Shown piece by piece: positions 38,346 through 52,089 of a stretch of DNA of 60,000 nt. Made by a program: the position numbers and the translations under genes. The DNA lies in contig NC_087246.1 in assembly GCF_037042905.1 (NCBI RefSeq), positions 2,668,001 to 2,728,000 on the forward strand, written 5' to 3'. The notes under the pieces were generated by a model. It was not told the DNA's origin and made no database searches. It saw only the letters and a program-made list of their open reading frames with translations. The stretch comes from Lytechinus pictus. Lineage: Eukaryota. How positions within the stretch are numbered: position 1 is the first letter of the stretch; each line of letters begins with the position of its first letter.

Positions 38346-39784
38346 GTGGCTCGTATTGATCATGTATCCTACGGGTTCATTGCATTGGATAAACATGCAG
38401 TGATGCACTAATTCATAATAAGACAAATGTTAAAGACAACTAATGATAGTCGCTGATGTGGTTTACGGTACACCATGTGAAGTGTTGTAGAAACAGTGGA
38501 TAGGAGAAGAGAAGAAATGGATAGGCGAGAAAGTGGAGATTTGAGAGTAGAGTATTCTTTCTTGAAAGTAGTCCTGAAAAGGACTGTAAACCAGGAAAGA
38601 TTGATGAGTTGAGAACAGCTTGAGTAGTAGAGCTAGTGAGGAGATGCTGGCTTGAGTCGGCGAGTAGAGATGATGAGTAGTAGAGAGACTCAACTAATGA
38701 TAGATATCACTTACGTACTTAGCAATAAAGTTTGAATATTCTGATTAAATTTTGTAGGTAAAAAGTCTTAAACTGATGCTTCTAAAACAATCATATCATC
38801 GAAATATTAGAAATTGAAAACATTTACATATGAAATGTGCATGATTAAGGATAGGGGATATGGATGAATAACATTTATATTCTAGTCGACGAAAGTTAAA
38901 CTTTCGATTTTATTGATCCTGAATATAACTATGTATGAATATATTTCTGGATGAATGACCTGCTGCAAAGGAAGTAAAGATATGTTCGAACAGAAAATAT
39001 CTTAATGTCCTCATTGCCAAAATCTTCCCGGACTGAATAGTTGTAAAAGCACAGATTCTCGGAGATAGACAATGTAAAATGGAATGATTACCCTTCACTT
39101 ATCAATCAAATCCATTAATTAGATAAACAAACACAATGTCCCATGAAGGATTGCAATAAGAGTTAACACACAAAGGGGATGACCGATGCACGATGCTTTT
39201 GGAGTCCGTCTCGAGTAGCTTTCCGGCTGACAATAATAAGATTAGGCAGTCAACCGGAGTAAGACGGGTCATTTATTTTCTTTCGTTACGTTCACGGAGC
39301 TGTAACCCCCTTCCAATCTCATATATGAAATCATCTTTGATATGATACCTTACATTAATTTTATACAACATCATCTCGTATAAAATGGGTTCCTTTACAT
39401 TCATCGCGCCATAGCGTCGTTGATGATTTTGCTTTATTTCATAATGGTAATGATATTTGAGAGCCATTACGTTCTTCTCTGCGGACATTTATCGTGAAGT
39501 TCAAGATCATTTACTTGTGTCGGAATGTTTGAACAGTTTTCAAGAACCATTCAAGAAAGACAGACTTGTCATGTCAGAAAGAACTTCGAATATTTAAAAA
39601 TACAATTCTCTTCCTTTATTATCGCTTCATACGGAATAAGGAAATAATTGTCGTGATATACAGTGTGATACTATACAGTATGTTGATTCCAACCAATTGA
39701 CAAAATAAAGAAATGTGCCAATGGTACACACACCCACACACACATTCAAAGGCCTTTATTTTCTTGAACATTTAGTTTATTTTT

Positions 39785-39935
39785 CCATTCCTCTTCCTTC
39801 ATTTTCTTCTCCTCATTACCCTCCTCCTCCTCCTTCTCCTTCTTCTTCTTCCTCCTCCTCGTCTTTCTCTTCTTCTCCTTCTTTTTACTTTTTCAACGCC
39901 CTACCTCCTTATTTCTTTCTCTCATCTTCTTCTTC
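39785..39935. repeat. (CTT/CCT)n low-complexity tract
   Basis: cctcctcct/tcttcttct array. Confidence 0.85.
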
Positions 39936-40871
39936 AATTGAAGTTATAGGGTATTACCAACTGAGATCCGTAATAGGTCCATAACACCAGCATTTACAGG
40001 CCTTTATCACCTACTATGAAGTTGGGTTGAGCATTGATTTATAAAAGGATTGTCATCAGAGGCTTAAACCATCCGACATCGAGGCATCATCGTACAGATC
40101 ATTCAGTCTGGTACTTCATCTGATGTCCTTTGCTCTCATCACTCATCGAGATGATTAAATCATTGGTGTATGTATCATCCACCCTACATCTTCTCTTCCC
40201 TTTCTCTTCTTTCGCTCTCATTGCTAAATCAAACTAATAAACATTAACCTTAACATTGGCAGCGTGTAACATGCACCGTGGGATGCGATGCATGCAGGCC
40301 GCTGTGTTTATTACATCAAGAATTTGGGTGGTTCAGTGAGCATCAAGTACTTTGTTGGTTTCTAGTCAGGTCTTATGGACGTCGGATGTAATTTGTGTTA
40401 CGATGATGCTGGAGTGGATTACTGAGCTATCTGTGGCGGGAGTGTAGGGTGTGCCGTTTGTACATGGGAGTTTACAGGATTGCGGGAGTGCGTTCTTGGG
40501 TGTGCGGCAAAGAGTGTGAGTGTGTGTTTCTGTGCGTGAAATTTGGCGCGGTTGAGAGGATTATGTGAAAGAGTGCGCAAAACAGTGTGTTTGTTGGGTG
40601 GTAAGGGGCGTTCTTGAGGGCATGTCGGTTTAATGAGAGTGCGTAACATAGGGATGCGGAGTTAAGAAAATATAAGAAAGTTTCTGCTGTCGACGACCTA
40701 AATTTATTTTTTTACCAAATGAAGATTAAACAGAGTCGTGCCATATTTTTAATATTCCACGTGGAATAAAGCACGAAGAGGCAACTAAGAACTTAAATTA
40801 CTTCAAGCATTCCCAACCATGCAACCAAAGTTAATAAATTGCCAGAGGAATGTGTGTTTGCCTGAAATATA

Positions 40872-41067
40872 CACTCTTAAAAATGTTGAGCAACATAATG
40901 TCCACACACCAATTGGTTAAAACTTTGTCAAATTCTGGGTAGTTTTAAACCAATAATGTGTGCTTTGGGTGAAATCTACACAACATTGGTTGAAAACTAC
41001 CTAGAGTTGGATCAATTTTTAAACCAATTGTTGTGTGGACAATATATTGCCCAACATTTTAAAATTG
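40872..41067. mobile_element. MITE with CAC-type (EnSpm/CACTA-like) termini, copy 2
   Basis: TA|CACTCTTAAAAATGTTGAGCAAC ... ttgcccaacattttaaaattg|TA. Colinear with 16851-17035. Confidence 0.82.
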
Positions 41068-43784
41068 TAAGGCCATTGTCAGAATAGATAGATGCATATA
41101 CATCTGGGGGTTTTGTTGATATTTCCATCTTCTAGAGCAAACTTTTATATTGTACAAGTGTCTAGGTTAATATTCTATATCTTACCCATTGCCGCATACG
41201 CCACTAACCCCCCCCCCCCCCACTTCCCGTACACGCACACATTGTAATCAAACATAAACCCACACACTCACTGGGAATATGACCACGCTCTGATTAGAAC
41301 GCATCAGAGCGTTGGTAATATATCTCAATTTCCCTTAAAGACAATCCACGGGGATTCGCATAAGTTCATAATAATACCTCTATATGAAACTATATATAGA
41401 TCATGTGAATAGAAGATAATATGAAATTGATAACAAAATTCAATAATCAATAGAAAGATTCAATAATTTATAATTATTTTTATTTGAATGTATTTTGTTG
41501 GTATTAATTTATCGCAATAATTATGAATAAGTGGCAAACCTAAATATATATGAAGTTGCGAAGTTGGACTAATCATCAGTACTCGGGTATTGTTACCGTG
41601 AACACTGGGTTCTCGTCAAAATTCCTTGAATATAATGCATTTATCAAGTATAATACGTAACACAATCAATAATACCATTCACATTGACATACCCAATCCG
41701 ATAGCCTACGACAATTTTTTTTCTTAGTTTGGACATGGCCTTTAAAACACTTACAAATAGGCATTCGACTAAGCATTATATCTTAAGTAAAAGTTATACT
41801 ACCGTATAAGGAACTAAGAGAGGAGTCTTGAAAATTGAGTATACCGAGCTACTTAAAAGGGCGAATATTTGGAACTTACATTCAATGAACTATTTAGCCG
41901 CGTCGGGATGGAAAAATAAACATAAGGGAAACGGACAAATGGCGAAAGTAATTTGTTTGAGTTGGGTTATTTTGTACTTATCTTCGTCTTTTCCCGAAAT
42001 GTGCGCCAAACTGATTGCTCTCTGCGTAGAGAGAATTGATACGAAGGTAAGAAATTCTATCACCATCTCCTTGTTCTTAGCCTCAAATCCATGTCTATTA
42101 TTGTTGATATAGTCATATGACAATCCTTTCTTTATTCCACTTTACATGATATTTCCATCCGCTTATTATAGGAGTATCAAATCTATGCCTACTGACCATC
42201 AAAGAAAGTTCTTGAGGTCTTTCAACCTTTCGTGGGTAGACAGACGCATCTGTCACAGACCACTGATAAATAGAAAACGGATAATTTCGTCAACGGAGGG
42301 ATATCACTGACACCAAATTAAACTATGTCGAAGTCAATGACCTAACAGTCGTGACAAAAGTTCTTAACTTCCAAAAAAAAAAGGTGCCTCTTTCATTTGA
42401 ATTGGACTTGTTTAGCCAAAATAGTTGGGCGTAGAATGGCAACAAGATTGATTCTGAGAATTCCCTCTTCATTGAATAAATGCAATGATCAATATACTAA
42501 ACAATAATTATAGCGTCAAAATCATCATTCGATTTTTAAGTGAAATTATGCACGCACTACTCGGGTATATCATGGAAAATATCATTTAGTTGGTACGAGT
42601 AGAAAAAAATAATGTCTGATATTAGTAGTCTTAGATAGATTGGTGAGAGGGAAACTTGAAGAATTACTATAGAGAGAAGTGATAGAAATAGGCAACTGAG
42701 ACAAAAAGGAGAATAAAATCAGAAAGAATATGAAAGAGGGGCGGGGTTGAAGGTAAGCAATATGATTTTTTTTTTTAAGAAAAACATAAAAAGTATGAGA
42801 GAAGTCCCGAACGGACCGAGGGCATGGAGGGAGAGAACCGGGATAAAATGGGTAGAAGAAGGGGAAAAATAGACTGATATGAGGCAGAGAGGACAGAAAG
42901 CAAACGGTGCGTGAGAGAGAAAACAAGGAAAAGGAAACGAGAGTGCGGGGACGAGAAGGGGAAAATATATAGGAGAGAGAACAACATGGAGAAGTATATT
43001 ACGATAAAATGCGATGAACAGGAAGAGGTCTATCTCAGATTTTTGCGAATATCGTCGACCACGCAGATTCATTTCTACTTGTCCATTTCCGTTGAGCGTC
43101 GCCATTTGAAATTAACATGGGGAATAATATTTTTGCGTTCGAGTTCTTCCCACTAGATGTCAGTATCCATATGCATGTAATAAATCTATGTTATTTGAAC
43201 AAACATATTTTTTTGTAGAACAGTAGTTTTAAAGTTCGATTGTCATGAATACAGGGTGTTGTACCATGGCCTCCTAAAAAAAGTACATGTGCTTTTCTAA
43301 CTAGTTAGGAACGATATTATGGAAAAATAAGGAATAATAAACCTTGGAGTTTTGTCACACCCCTAACACATACACACACACATGCACACCCACACCCTCA
43401 CACGCGGGCTAAAAAACGATATGGCGAGCAAGGCAATGTGAGCTTGTTTGTCTTCTTTTTTTTTTTTCATTTGCGGTAAGCTATGACAACTTTTAGTTTG
43501 CCGTTTCAATTTCCAAAATAATCCCATCCTGTTTTAGGTATAATCTAGGATAAATTCGAAAAGAACCTTATCCAGTTGGTTTGGACCAATTAGTAGACCT
43601 ATCCTGAAATTCGATACAATTCGATGATATTGCATACTTTTCTGGTTATTTTCTCTGAATAATAAGAAATTTGGTTTGACAAGGGTATTTTCAGTTGGAG
43701 AACTGCTGTACCAGACTGGGGGCATTTTATAACATAATCCATATATCGTTATTACAGTCCATCTATATACTAAATGCCATTATA

Positions 43785-44758
43785 CAGTGCGTATAAAAAA
43801 AAAGTTTACACTTTGAAAAAGCCCTGGGAATTAAAAAATATACAACATGTGGGTAATTTTTAACATATATTCTTGGTTTTGGGTCTCATCTATCCAATGA
43901 AAGTAAAAGTTTTGACAGAATGTTACTCTTGAGTGAGCACTCTCCATTAATGTAAATCTCGCAGAAATCTGTTTGCGCAGAAATGCTTGTTTTCACGCTG
44001 TGTCATGCTGTGGAAAGGGCAAAATCAAACTTACCCTGCGAAACATTTCTCATACATTTTCCTTGCGCTTTTAGTCAATTGAAATAAAACGGATACATTC
44101 AAGCATTTTGTAACAATTCTGCCACAAAAATAGAAATTTCAACAATTAGTAAGCACAACCTTTACCCTTTTTGTGCCAGCTGGATCTGAGGACATAACTG
44201 AATCTGAACAAATGTTTATATCTTTTTTCACTAAGTTTTTATCATTTAAAGTGGGTTTACATTTTATTTTTCATGTAATACTTGTTGCTCCACACTTTTC
44301 CCAAGCTTGACAATGATTAACAAAATAAAAATCAAGCCTAAGCCATTTCATGTAAATCACAGCTCAGTGTAAAGCAAATATCGTCACGATGGCCTCGGTG
44401 TGTTGGGGAGTGGCGTGGGGCGCAATGCACTCTTCGAGGTGTTTTGGGCAAGGAAACTAGTTAAAAAAAAGGTAAAGGATATCTTCAAATCAATTTTACT
44501 AGCTAAATTCCACGTGTTCTTCATGATTAAGGTCTACTTTTATTTGCATAACTATTTCAAAGTTCTGCGCAAATCATTTTTCATTAACTTTTCAAAAGTA
44601 AGTGGTGCTCACTCAAGCGGAAATATTTTTCAACAGTTATATCGTAATTTGCTTAAATGGATCTGTACCAATGTTAAAATGTGGAAAATCTTCAGGATAT
44701 TACAAATGTATAATTTTACAGGATTTTTTCTAGGTGTAAACTTTTTTGATACGCACTG
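43785..44758. mobile_element. Tc1/mariner-type non-autonomous transposon, copy 2
   Basis: TA|CAGTGCGTAT...ATACGCACTG|TA. Same orientation as and colinear with 27143-28118. Confidence 0.93.
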
Positions 44759-47700
44759 TATAGCAAGAAGGTAACAGATCTAGTTTTTTTTTATAAGACT
44801 TCTGTTAGACCCGATTGTGGTGTTAACATAATAAATAATAATAATGATTAGAACATGTACTACAAACTTCCGTTTTAATCTACAGTATTGTCTTTTTGCT
44901 TCCATGTTGTTTATGTCGATTTGAGTTTATTCTGTTTAAATTCCCCCTCCCCCTCTCTCCCCTCTCCCATTCCATTCCATCCCCTCTTCATTATGCATGT
45001 TTGAAATCCCATCTTGGATCCAACTTTGATCATGGCTAATGACATGATGAAGCCTGCATGTACTTCTGGCCATTACGGAAACAAATCGTCCGGTGTTTAT
45101 ACACGGCTTGAATGCATATACATAAACTCGTTATACCACGTATACCAAGGAGTTATACTTGATATATACGACAGGTAGGTAATGTAATAAGGCAGGTTTT
45201 ACTGTTCGTGCATGGTAAAGTAACAAATCATTTACTGCCCCACTTCTGACTCGACTTCTTCAATCTCAGATGTCATAGACCAGGGCTATATACACCAAGT
45301 GATCTAAATGTAAATAGATTTTCTACCAGATGAACCAATTGTGTTACTATTTGCAACAGTTTTTTTACTCCTGTTAGAGCTCAAACTATTATTATAAGTC
45401 AAATGAGAATGCATATACTTTACATGTGGGCCCAGATATTTCTCTTTTATGATTACTGGAAAAAATAAAATCACACGTTTGGACGAAATGTTTTGTATTT
45501 AATTGGCAGAATCCAAAATATTATAATAACAAAATGGACGTCATGGACTGTGGCAATCGAAGGTGGTAGACCTCCATATTTTTGTAGCCGACGGGCAATG
45601 GTGATGGCCGTGAAGTGGGTAAAAAAATAAAATAATTTATAAGGGGAGGGGGTGAACTGAATTTGACACCTCTTACTATAATGTATGAAATATATATGAC
45701 ACCTTCTTTGCAACACATTATCTTTCGCACTTAAAGAGTGCATTTAAGAAATACATTTAAAAAACGAAGTGCTAATTTACCACTGAAGGTGCTTGTATAG
45801 TGACTGCTGATTTAGTTATTCAAATTTGAACGAGAAAATCGTCACCTCGAAGTGCAATAAAGATACAAGCTCTGTAACTGCCAAATTAACACTTCATTTT
45901 TTACTACTTGAGGCCAGCATTATTAGTGATATGTAAAGTAAGATTTCAGGACATTGTAGTTATAGGTTAATCTTGTTTGATATATCGTAGATAATAATTG
46001 TTTGCTACAGGTTGTAGAAAACTATCAGATTGATGGCTATGTCATTCATTTTCATGAATTGTCTTGTATCTATTGTTGTTATTACATGTAGTTCGTTCTT
46101 ATGATTTAATAGGACCAAGAAATGGGTATTTCAGCTTTCGCTGGTTATCCAGCCAATGTATTCTATTCATTTTTGATTGGATCTGTACTTTTCACATGAA
46201 TCAATCAATTTATTATCGTTTGAAATTGACGTTTACACTGGGTGAGAAGTAAAAAGGTTTCCCTATCTTTACTCTTTTTGAAAAAAAAAAACCAGAGCTT
46301 GGGATGCGAAAAGTTAATCTAAATGTAACCGGGCCCCTCTCACATTTTTTTCTATATGAAGGATAAAAAAATGTGATCCTATACATTCAAATTGGAATGC
46401 CATTGTCATGATCCTACCAGTGCCACCCATCGAGTTCTTGTCAATTGAGCATCAGGTTTCCTCGTTAATTTAGATGGTGCATCCCATACCAGACTTTGAT
46501 GTTTATCCCCTCGTACTTTCCCAACAACCATGACAAGAGGATATTGAATGTTTGGTGTATCAATAGAAAGGGGGTCGTCTTTCAGAGAGGCAGTTAAACT
46601 TGCCTGTTTAGCTGCAAAATGTGCTGTCTCAAAGCTAACTCGACGGACCATGGTAAATAAAGCCGTGTTCATTTTCTGGCGGAAACAGAAGAGAATTACA
46701 GACGAGTGGTGACGCATCTTTGTTTTACACTGACATTTAAGAGTACAATCATGACAATAGACACCCAACTACTAGCAAATTTGAAAGGACCATATGTAAG
46801 ATAACAGTCCACTTGCTGCCAAATGGTATGCCCTAATATCACTCTATATTATTATTATCAACAACATCATTGTTATTATTGCTATCATAATTGCTAGGAA
46901 ACTATGTTATTATAATCGTTAATAATATCATTGGATATTTCAGTATATCATTCAACATACAGCGCGCGCATTCGTCATTCTCGTCATGATTAAGAACGTT
47001 CATTAGAAATTGGAGTATGACTATTGCCTATAATTCTTGTTTGTCCCTCTCTGACAAATCGGCCTAATGAAATGCCATTTAACTACAACTACCCATTAAT
47101 CACGTCAAGAGCTACTGAAAAGGAAAAAAATAAATTGAATAATTTGAAGAAAAAAAATAAAAAATACATTAGATGAATAACTTGATTAAAAAAAGTAAAT
47201 AAAAAGCCACACATTTAATAAAACTTGGAATTAATTTGGTATGAAGGACTTGTTGAAAACACATGATCGCAGCTTAAAATGATGTGGAAACAAATCAAAT
47301 ATATATGTTTTAAAACCAAGTTAGTGGACCCCAAATCTTTCTTTTTTATTTCAGGAGAACTCAATAGCAAAGTTACGTCGTATTTGATGACATCACAGGA
47401 GACAGTCGAACTTCAGGCCTTAAGATACAGATATATATGAGGTGATAACTTGATAAAATATAAGTAAAAGACACACTTAGAAAAAGATCAATCATTTTCG
47501 AAAGATTGTGCTCTCTGTCAAATGAAATTAACTTGTATAATATTTTATTGGGTTAGGGTTAAAAAAAAAAAAAAAAAAAGTCACGCCACCCCTTTCTCGT
47601 ACAGCATGACAAAGTATACAACTGAAATAGCACCGAGGTTTACATCTATCAAACATAGCAATGTCATACGTTATATATGTCTTTACCTCGCGGCCTAAAG

Positions 47701-50700
47701 CTAGACATTTCAATTTTTCCTTCGTGGTATTCGAAATTTGAAGTTGAGTATAAAGATTCTAAGTTCGTCGTTAGAATTGTTTTCTTTTCCAGAACGCCCA
47801 CATTATGCCTTCTGAAGGGAGCAAACGAGAGGCGACATATTCTTAATGAATTGATTCGCAGTCTACCAGTGATTGAGAGCTAATTTCAGACCGGACTTTG
47901 AACGAGAATGCACGGCCAATGTCAGATAAAGTTCTCGGCAAATTATCAGTGACAAGTTTCTTACCATGCCGTATCCTCGAGAAGTCATTGCGAACTAGTC
48001 CACAAATACGAGGATAATGAACATACCTAGAGTGTTTAAAGGTCAAGGGTTGCATTTATTCAATGAGCCAAACAGCACTATAGGTAAGGAGTGCGAGAAT
48101 ATATGAAAACTTCCAGCAAAAATAAGGACGACCTGTAAATTAAAGGATGGGTTATTTGAAAAATTATCGATAAATTGCCATTAATTTGAGGATTTGTTTT
48201 ACAGATTTCGAACGACTGAAACGATCGTTTATATAAAATAGCAGGAATTCGTCTTGCAACGCGTTGCTTTCAGTATGGACCGAGGTCCATGCTTTGAGAT
48301 AGCCTGGTAGGTATATATTAGCAAAAACAAAGGTAGGAGACTAAAACCGTTCAATTCATAAAGCGTTATTGAGCTGAGTTCGGGAAGAGTGGGAAATGCC
48401 GCCAACATAATAATATCGGAAAAAATAATATTTAATTTAACCGTTAATCTTATTCGATAAATGGATTAAAGTCCATTTTGAAATCAAAACAAACTTAATT
48501 CATATTACAATACAACCTGTTCTTAATCACATATTCATAGAAATCAAACGAAGTCGAATAGAAATGCCTTCTCCGTATGCCCATCAGTTGTTTAGTATAT
48601 TCATTATCGTCATGTTAAAATCACAACGCCAGGCTCTAAACATGATTACCATAAACTTAATAATCAGTATTTTCACTATGTTATTCATTTTATTCGTTTA
48701 TTGCATTTTATTTTCATTTTCTATTCTACTTAATTTTATCATTACAAACTAATATAAAATAAGGTTTGATTTGATAATCAAGGAACATGAGACATATAAA
48801 CCATACCTCCTTTCTTTCTGTCAGTGTGGTTCGGATCAACTTAACGTAATGTGACAGATCGAAATATTAGCGAGCCTATGGCATTACGGACTATCTTCAT
48901 GGTGGCATGGAAGTCGCATTGACCTAGCCATACACCTGAGCAGTCTCGATTCGATTGTAAACTTGGCATGATGAGGGAAACTGTTTCATAAAAGTTTTTT
49001 ACAACATGATGAAGGTCTTTCTAACATGACTGATTTTCAACATCCTATATGATATCGAATGCGATAACCCATCATGTCTTTTGAGGCTTCTGATTAAAAA
49101 AATCCGAGATTCAATTCCATGACAATTCAACTTGACCATTTTATTTATATGCACTGCTTTATCATCATTAATTGAATAAATAATCAAAGGCTTTATACGT
49201 GTTAGAACTACCAATGATGAACATGTTTAACAATTGAATTTCCATATATCATCTCCTTGCCCGTCTCCGAAACCGACTTTAATAAAAGAGATACTGTTCT
49301 CCTCCACACTGAAAAGGGGGTCAAGGTTAAACTCTATACTTAACATCCCAAATGAATAAGGAACGTAAATGAACATTTGTTTTGGTTCCTGTTTGAAGGC
49401 TATACCCTAAAAGATGCACAAAGCATCTTGTGTTAAACGACATTTGCACCCGAAAGAGTGCTCCCATCTAGATTATTGCAGCGATCGTCTTAGTATGTAG
49501 AATCGGTGCCACTCTGTATTAAGATTTGAATAATAATGATAATAATGATAATAATCCATAAGATTTAAGAACCGAAAATTTCCATCTTAATAACATGCTC
49601 ATATTACTTTATAGGAAATTAGTGAAAAAAGAGAAAAATAAAAAAAAAACAATAAATTATGGATTTCTGGCAAAAAGCAATCTTACACACTCAGATATGA
49701 CCTTGTGGAAGAGAATTCTAAAGGGTGCGCCCCGCATGAGCGAATGACCTTATCCACCCCCCCCCCCCCCCGAATTCGTCTGGGGGTGTGTTGTACCCAC
49801 AAATGTAATAACGCCCACACATGTAATAATACTTTACCCAAATTAATGTAATAACGCCCACAAATGTAATAATTTCACCCACAAATGTAATAATGCACTT
49901 TACCCACAAATGTAATAATTTTTGATCACCCACAAATGTAATAATGACTTTACCCACAAATTTAATAAATTTGAAGGGATTTCTGGCGAATCCGTTCTTA
50001 ACTAAAATCCTATATTATACAAATAATGCATGCAGCCGAGTGCGTTAGTGGAAATGCAGAGCACGCGAGGTTTCTTTAGATAGGTGCCGCACTGTGCACG
50101 AGCCGCTGGCGGCGAGTGGCGAGTGCCCAGTGTGCACCATCTGAAGAAACCGAGCTTTCTCTGCATTTACTTTTACGCACGACAGAGCAAGTGCATTATT
50201 TGTTTTATAGAATAGCAACACAGAAACAAATTCTTGAAAAGTTACAGTACAGTTTTGTTGGACTTCTCCCGGGACTTCTACCGCACTGGTTTGCTTGAGC
50301 GTGCAATGTCAATTTTCGTTGCGCACCTTTTGCACTGCCGTGCAGTGCACCAAAAAAGTTGGATGTCATGTGACGCGTATTGGCCAATCGCGATGCTTGA
50401 AATAATACACCTATTTTTTAATAATGCATTCATATAGCACAAAAGTGCAAAGTCTTTTTTCCAGACCCGGTTAATTCAAAAATTATAATAAGTCCAAAGT
50501 CTTTTTTCCAGACCCGGTTGTTTCAAAAATTATAACATTAGTCCAAACTAAGATACGATAATGATATTCCAGTGGAATAAAAATGAGAATCGAGCTTAGT
50601 CTTTTCTCCAAACGCTGTTATTCCAAAATTATAAATAACAATACAACAACAACAAAAACAGTATAAAGACCCCGTAATCTTATTAATGCTGGATAACATG

Positions 50701-51035
50701 GACATATAGCGTAGTCTTTCAGCCAGACCCAGTTATTTTTTTCCTTCAAAATAACGCTAATAGTAATAATGAAAAACTCCAAATCTAAGACCAAACAATC
50801 ATTCAACCAAAGAACCTGTTTTAAAAAGGGTTTAGAGCGTTGTCTTTATTCCAGACCTAATCATTAAAAAAATTACGAAAAAAAATCTTCCAACGTAAGA
50901 CCCTATCATATTCTTATTTGTGTGGAATAACACGAGTTTTAAAACTTACTCTTTCCTCCAGACCCGGTTATTTAAAAAGTGAATTAAAAAACTTCAAATC
51001 TAAGACCAATCTTAAAAAGTTACACCCATTAGAGT

Positions 51036-51330
51036 GGAGCGTTGTGGCCCAGTGGATTAGTCTTCGGACTTTGAAACAGAGGGTCGTGGGTTCGAATCCC
51101 AGCCATGGCGTAATTTCCTTCGGCAAGAAATTTATCCACATTGTGCTGCACTCGACCCAGGTGAGGTGAATGGGTACCCGGTAGGATTTATTCCTTGAAT
51201 GCTTTAGCGCCTATATGGCCGCTCAGCTACAGCCGGGGTAATAATATACCAAGTATATTTCAGCGCCTTGAGCACATTATCAATGTGGATTTGGCGCTTT
51301 AGAAATACTTTATATTATTATTATTATTAT
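51036..51330 (+). mobile_element. Full-length tRNA-derived SINE nested in the foldback element
   Basis: A box tggcccagtgg, B box ggttcgaatccc, CORE-like ccttcggcaag...aatgggtacc middle, L2-type agcgccttgagcac...ggcgct tail, (TAT)n end. Confidence 0.92.
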
Positions 51331-52089
51331 TTAAAAAATATGTCTTTATCCCACACCCATTTTCTTTTAATACTACTAGACCCCTACAAACCATTGTAAT
51401 AATGCATGGGTAAAGCAAACATCCTTTCTCAAGACTTGGTTATTATTTGAAAAAAATAAAATAGTTTTTACAAATATTCAAAAGCGAATACCCAATAATC
51501 TAATTACTGTGGAATAACATGAACATCGATTGTAGATTTTCCTCCAGACACAGTTATTTCAAGAATAAAATAGCAATAAAACCCAACCCCAACAACGGAT
51601 CTGAGAACCAACAATCCTCCAAATTAAGACCAAGTAGAAAAGCACATGTTTAGAGTGATGTCTTTATTCCAGACCCAGTCATTTAAAAAATAATTTAAAC
51701 AATCTTAAAAACATAAGACTTTGTCATATTCTTATTCCTGTGGAATAACACGAGTATTATGCTTAGTCTTTCGTCTAGACCCGGTTATCTAAAAGATAAA
51801 CAAATATTGAAACAAAAATCAAAGGTAAGACCGATCTTCAAAATTAAGCCCAGTTAAAATGCTTGGGTTTAGAGTGCTGTCTTAACCCCACACCCAGTTC
51901 TCTTAAAAATACAAATTAAGCGAAACATTAATCTTAAAACTTAGACGCCAGCATCTTCCAAACTATAAGAACCCTGTGATAACGCATACCACAAAAACGA
52001 CAAATTAATCATAGGCGTAAATATTCATATCTGAATGATACGCGCCTTAAAACCCAAGATAACAACAACAACAACGTTATTCTACATCA

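Noticed and set aside
38960..39014. Candidate nAChR exon 1 (MRTLRYFLFEHIFTSFAA, phase 1)
   Set aside because: Correct phase and plausible size, but the donor GTCATT is weak and Glu-His breaks the hydrophobic core. Kept only as a candidate to test.
46406..46768. 120-aa minus-strand ORF
   Set aside because: No recognisable motif, no signal peptide and no convincing flanking splice sites linking it to the receptor.
49212..49245. Candidate nAChR exon 1 (MEIQLLNMFII, phase 1)
   Set aside because: Short, weak hydrophobic core and weak donor GTAGTT.
51036..51110. Possible tRNA gene
   Set aside because: A and B boxes are present, but the sequence continues into a SINE body and (TAT)n tail shared with two other copies, and the acceptor stem does not close.
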